59,681 bases of DNA, from contig NW_021832977.1 of assembly GCF_006345805.1 (NCBI RefSeq), positions 1 through 59,681 of the forward strand. The letters run 5' to 3'. The DNA comes from Octopus sinensis. Its lineage: Eukaryota. This document shows, in pieces, positions 54,513 through 59,681 of the stretch. Each line of letters starts with the position of its first letter. Position 1 is the first letter of the stretch. Under the pieces are notes generated by a model. It worked only from the letters and a program-made list of their open reading frames with translations, did not search any database and had not been told where the DNA came from. Position numbers and translations under genes: made by a program.

Positions 54513-55304
54513 AATCTTGAGCTAGACATGGTTATTACTAACCAGTGACCCGTTAAGTGTTGGAAAGAATGCCTTGTGATAATTGCTTCGTTTCTCTGTT
54601 CCCTAAGTCTAGTCTTCGGGAGATCGACTTTGCTAAGTTTGCTATCATTCTTTCGGGTTCCATGAAAAAATACTAATGTAGGGCTATTAGAGAACGAAAA
54701 CAAAAACTTCGTTGTATCCGTTCCAGTTGTTTGTGTTCTAACAGCAACGATACGAGAGGTCAACTTCTAAAGGCTCAAATCCAGTGGACTTACACTGGAA
54801 TAAACGTCCATGAATATGGACGCAGATAGTAACATACACGTTCAACTGTTAATCTTCCACAAAAATACTTTGTCTAGGCCTGCACATACATGTGCAGATA
54901 CACAACCAATATTCATACAGACGGCGACCATACAACATGGACGATTAATCAAACACATTTACTTGGAAGACAGAGTCGATCTAATACATTCAGCATTCGA
55001 TTAGTAATATTTGTTACCGATCACGGAAGAATAGAAATGAAATTCACTCCTGGAGGGAATTGAACTAACAAACTCAAAGAAAGACCTAAATAACTGCTGC
55101 TTGGCATTTTGTTCTCGGCATTCTACCTAATCCTCCACACACTATCATTCATTTGTTATTAATAACAAAGCTACATTGTTCTTTAATTTATTGATCTCAG
55201 TCAATTATAATATTTTATTCGATATTCTTTATAGTGACACTATTGCCTGTAGTTCTGTATTGAAATGATTTCATTATCTTATTTTTTTCCCAAAGATCAT
55301 AGTG

Positions 55305-55405
55305 AGTCGTTGGTAAAGAGAAATATTTTCTCTGAATCATTGAACGTCACATGTGGTGTGATACAAAGTTCAGCTTTGAGGCCTGCACTATTTAACATTT
55401 ATTGC
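55305..55405 (+). pseudogene. Tiny LINE RT scrap (CR1/L2-like)
   Basis: VTCGVIQSSALRPALFNI resembles VTSGVPQGSVLGPLLFNI. Confidence 0.45.
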
Positions 55406-56257
55406 CTTTGGTGAATGATGTATTCTTCAAGTTTGGCTTTCACTTTCAGTCTATTGGTTAGTCTATTGTACGTTATTTTTTGTTTCTAACTTTTTATAAG
55501 GAATTTTCGCTATTTTTCTTCCCTTTTCTTTGTTTCCTTTCTTTTTTTTTTCTTTTTTTTTTTTTTGCTAAATATATTATTTGATACTAAAATTCTTCAT
55601 TATAAAGATTCATAGTATTTCAACGACGTGAAAAAACAACAGCAAAAAACAAAACAAGGAAAACAAACGAAGCAAAAATAACATTTCTATAGGAATACAT
55701 TCTCTGTTAAGCTCATTGCATCATAAAACGAAGTCGTAGCATTAATCGTATGTCTTTCTAGGAAACACTGCTTATTCAAAATGTTTTAACTTTTTGTTTC
55801 GTAAAGAACAGAAATAAATAAATACTAAACCAATTATGGATGCAGTTATGATATAAATGACATTTTCATTTGAATGAGAAGTCATTATTAAAAATACATA
55901 CGTTTTTTGTTCAATTTTAAATTTATCTTTAACATTGAATTTGATTAATTTGCAATAATTATAGTGAAAAAAGCGGAATGCATATGGATGTCTTAAAGTG
56001 AACGAGGGAATCTGATGAAGATCAACATTCATGGAATCTTGGAATAAAGAAATTAGAGTTAGTAATATTAATCTGTAAACCTTACTCATATCAAATTGAC
56101 AAACAAGAATTAATAAGTTTATTTGATAATGCTGTTTTATCACAGTAAATTTTTATTTGCATTAGAGATTGGATATACAAAAGTGGTTATTATTGCTGTT
56201 GTTTTTGCTGTTTTGCGTCGAGAATTAACAGCGATACAAATATGATACACATGAAAG

Positions 56258-56650
56258 GTGCAGGCATGTCGGTGAGGTAAGAAGCTTGCTTCCTAACGAT
56301 ATGGTTCCAGTTGGGTGAGGGTTTTCTACTATATTCTCGGATCAACCAAAGCCTTGTGAGTGGATTTGAGAGACGAAATTAAAGAAGTACGTCTTTTACA
56401 CACACACACACACATGTATGTATGAATATATGCGTGTGTGCGCGCCTTTGTGTCTGTGATGGTCCACCACCACCACCAATTGACAATCGGTGCTGGTGTG
56501 TTTACGTCCACTTAACACTTCGTTAAAAGCTACGGATAGTATGACTGCCAGGCTTTAAAAACATAAATCCTGCAGTCGATTTGTTCAGCCAAAACCTTTG
56601 AATGCGGTGTCCCAAAATGGCTGCAGTTAAATAATTGAAACAATTAAAAA
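56258..56650 (+). mobile_element. SINE family A, near full length
   Basis: aaccaaagccttgtgagtggatttg...tgacaatcggtgctggtgtgtttacgtcc...atggctgcagtt. Confidence 0.8.
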
Positions 56651-57084
56651 TTAAAAGCTAATATATGATCAATTAAAGCTAGTCCAGCAGAATCTTTTAT
56701 AAATTATAAACTTATTTAAAATTGTACCATTTTATAATGTATAATAATCCAATACATATATCTATACTTGAAATAATTCGATTATATATTATGATTCAAA
56801 ACACATTTTCCTGATATTTACACAGCTTTATACGTTTAATACAATCAAAGAATACTGATATTCAGCCGCAGCGATTCACTCTTTTGACAAAATTATTTTT
56901 CTCGAGGCCTATATAATCCTAAATGTTTTGTAAGCCACGACCGTATACTTATGACAAATATCAAAAGATTGTTCCTTTTCATATTGTTCTAGTACTAGTG
57001 AAACAGTGAAGCTTTGTGCGATTCAGATACTGGAAAATTTTGTTTCGTTTAGTGTTTTACTAGTATATTGAAAGTATGCTATAA

Positions 57085-57245
57085 GCGCAGGCGTGGTTGT
57101 GTGGTTGGGAAGTCCACGTTCCAATCACGTGGTTTCTGGTTGAGTGCAACTGAGCGATAGTTTGGGAAAGTATTTTCTTATATAGCACCAGGCCAATCAA
57201 TGCATGGTGAATGTATTTCCTTCTATTGCAGTAGAAGCTCGTTAC
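57085..57245 (+). mobile_element. SINE family A head
   Basis: gcgcaggcgtggttgtgtggttgggaagt. Confidence 0.65.
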
Positions 57246-58589
57246 ACACACGCACACATACCCAGACACACACACCTACACACCCACACCACGCGTGCAT
57301 AAATATTTATGTAAAAAACAGAAAAAAACAAAAACAAAAAAAATGGATATTATACAGTTACTGAGGATGACAAATCTTTCGGATACGCATTGGAGAGATT
57401 TAGTTCCATAGTTCAATCATAATCGATCAGTACATAGTCGACCGACTAAAATAATAGAGTACAACCATCATTCGCAATCCTCTTCAGAGTCACACCTGTG
57501 GCTCCTGAATGCTTCCATTGCATATCAAAAATATTTGTAAACCTCAATCTGTATAATAATCTACTCGTGCTTTTGCCCGTTATACTTTAGTTAGTTACTG
57601 AAGTGGAGGTGGAGTAAAAGTGTGTGTGTGAGAGAAGGAGAGTAAAATTATCTGTGTGAGTAGAGAAGAAAGATGTAAGGAAAAAATAGAGATGAAGGTA
57701 TAATAAGGCAAAATGCGTCATGTAGTTAGTTGAAGAGAAAGGTGAAGAGCGAGAGAAAGCAACAATGAGAGAGAAAAAGGGAGGGGAAAGTATTAACGAC
57801 GTGCTGTAGGATGGGGAGTGAAGGTAAAAAGAAAGAGATATGTTTAGGATACAATATTTAGTAGGGGGTAATACTCTGGTGGTGAGGTTAAAATAATGCA
57901 GATAAAGAGAGAAGGGCAGGGGAGGCAGTTACATTAAAAGTGAGACACAGAGAGCGTTATTGTTTCTTTCTTAAACAGCTTCTCTTAATTTTTTCATTCT
58001 GTTGAACTTCTACTGGCCCCACTAGTAAATCCATAAAATCCATTGTTTTGTGTGTATTTTCTATATCACTCAGTAGCAACGTAGCAATTTAACAGATTTA
58101 TAAATTTGACTGATGACGTGTTTTGAGGTGGAACTACCTGAATTCCAACATCCGTCACAGGATTTATTTGTTTGTCTAATACATCTTTATCTATAGAAAG
58201 GTTATGAAATATTCCGCCACGTGGATTATTAATCCCATATTAATCTCTCTTTGATTATATGATCTGATATACATATACATACACCATACATACATACAAA
58301 CATATATATATATTATATATATATATAGTATATATAGATATATATATATAATAATATATATATATATATAATACATACATACATACATACATATATACCA
58401 TACATACATACATACATACATACATACTACATACATACATACATACATACAGATACATTTATAAACAATGTATTATTAAGAAGCTCAGAGAAAGAAAGTG
58501 TAGTGAGTTTACGTATATATTTTTATGTATACTTACACACCCATATGACTCCACACCCATACTCATATGTATGTATGTATGCTGATGTG

Positions 58590-58745
58590 TGTCTTTGTTT
58601 CTGTTTTTTGTCACCCTCCGCTTTACAAATTGTCTTGTTTTATTTACGTCCCTGTAACTTAGCGATTTGGCAAAAGAAACTGATAGAATAAGTACTAGAC
58701 TTATGAAAAGGAAACGAATAACTACTGAGGAAGATTTGTTGACTA
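58590..58745 (+). mobile_element. SINE family A tail
   Basis: tttacgtccctgtaacttagcgatttggcaaaagaaactgatagaataagtactag. Confidence 0.75.
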
Positions 58746-59199
58746 CGATTATTAATAAGCGGGTAACCTGCCTTGTTACACCCAAGCCTCGAAAAAAATA
58801 AAAGAAACGTCTGTTGATCTATTCCTCACAGCCACTTCTTATTTCGCTTTATATCTTTCAGGTTACAAAATTTCTCCTCTGCTACCACCAAACCTTCTGA
58901 TTTTATTTTCTACTCCATCTCGTATACTATTTCCACTACTTCTCTCTGGCATTACCATTTCTCCTTCATATCTCTTGACATTATTTTCGTTCTTCATCTG
59001 CAATATTGCAACCAACGTGATAACACTTATCTATTTTCCCCAGTTTCAGGCGAAGGCTAAATGCTAGGAACGTTAGCTTATTTTGGTTCTCAAGAGATAA
59101 CAATCAACCGAACTCCTCTATACCTCTGCATTGGTTGACACATCGATTAGAAAACATTTCTTTATGCCCTTGTAGTGTTATTTTATGTATACAAGTATC

Positions 59200-59681
59200 G
59201 AGTCGATTTTCCTTAATCTCCTTGTTTGAAGAAATTGGCATGTCCCAGAGATAGAAACAATGTGATTGATTGTTTCCACACAACCTTGACATATATTTCA
59301 TATCTAAAAAGTTAGTTTTGTATTCTGTTTCATTCTATATTTTTGATTGTTCCTGGTAGTCTTGTGTCTCGTCGTAAAATTCCGATGCTTCGTAGCCAGT
59401 GCTGACTTTTGTTTTATCCAAATTCTTAATAGATATTTGCTTTCTGACTAACAATCTTAGAATGACAAATGATAATACGATTTTCAGTTTTGTAATGTTT
59501 TGTAGTACTTTTTAAAAAGTAATTTTTCTAGTTTTCTTTTTATCCTCCGACATATCTGTCTGTTACACGAAACGTTGTTCATATTTGTTAACTTCCATTA
59601 TAACAGAAAACTCTTGACTTTGTCTCCATGTTTTGTAGTTATCTGATTGTTTTGTTGTTCTATAGTAGATATACAAAGCCA
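59200..59681 (-). pseudogene. RLE-type (R4/Dong-like) LINE remnant, CCHC zinc-knuckle region
   Basis: Minus strand KSQHWLRSIG and EICQGCVETINHIVS (resembles CR.C...ETI.HIVSGC). Confidence 0.55.

Noticed and set aside
55995-56050. CTGATGA motifs at ~56012 and ~58109
   Set aside because: Followed by GGAA rather than GAAA, with no stems I or III; chance matches.
55772-56143. 123-aa minus-strand ORF
   Set aside because: AT-rich, non-ATG start and no recognisable motif.

Overview
AT-rich, repeat-saturated eukaryotic DNA, intergenic or deep intronic. The SINE families and the (TA)n/(ATT)n load resemble an octopus genome; this is recalled resemblance, not a database result. I can support no host gene or intact CDS, and most ORF-track entries are microsatellite translations. 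The window holds many tRNA-like SINEs and decayed mariner, Tc1, Helitron, Tx1/L1, RTE, R4/Dong-like and Penelope-like (PLE) elements. The main signal is a Penelope/hammerhead-ribozyme (HHR) system associated with (TA)n tracts. (1) A ~5.6-kb fold-back palindrome (47213-52810) is centred on a small hairpin inside a PLE ORF C-terminus, with a minimal type-I HHR near each outer end. (2) A Penelope RT remnant has an inverted HHR-bearing pLTR (15724-16865). (3) Three ~150-170-bp non-coding, HHR-bearing modules lie in or beside (TA)n-rich microsatellites. Also present are an (ATT)n-restricted ~520-bp element, a nested transposon stack and smaller fold-back inversions. PLE-associated HHRs are known in general; whether these particular families are undescribed needs a library search.
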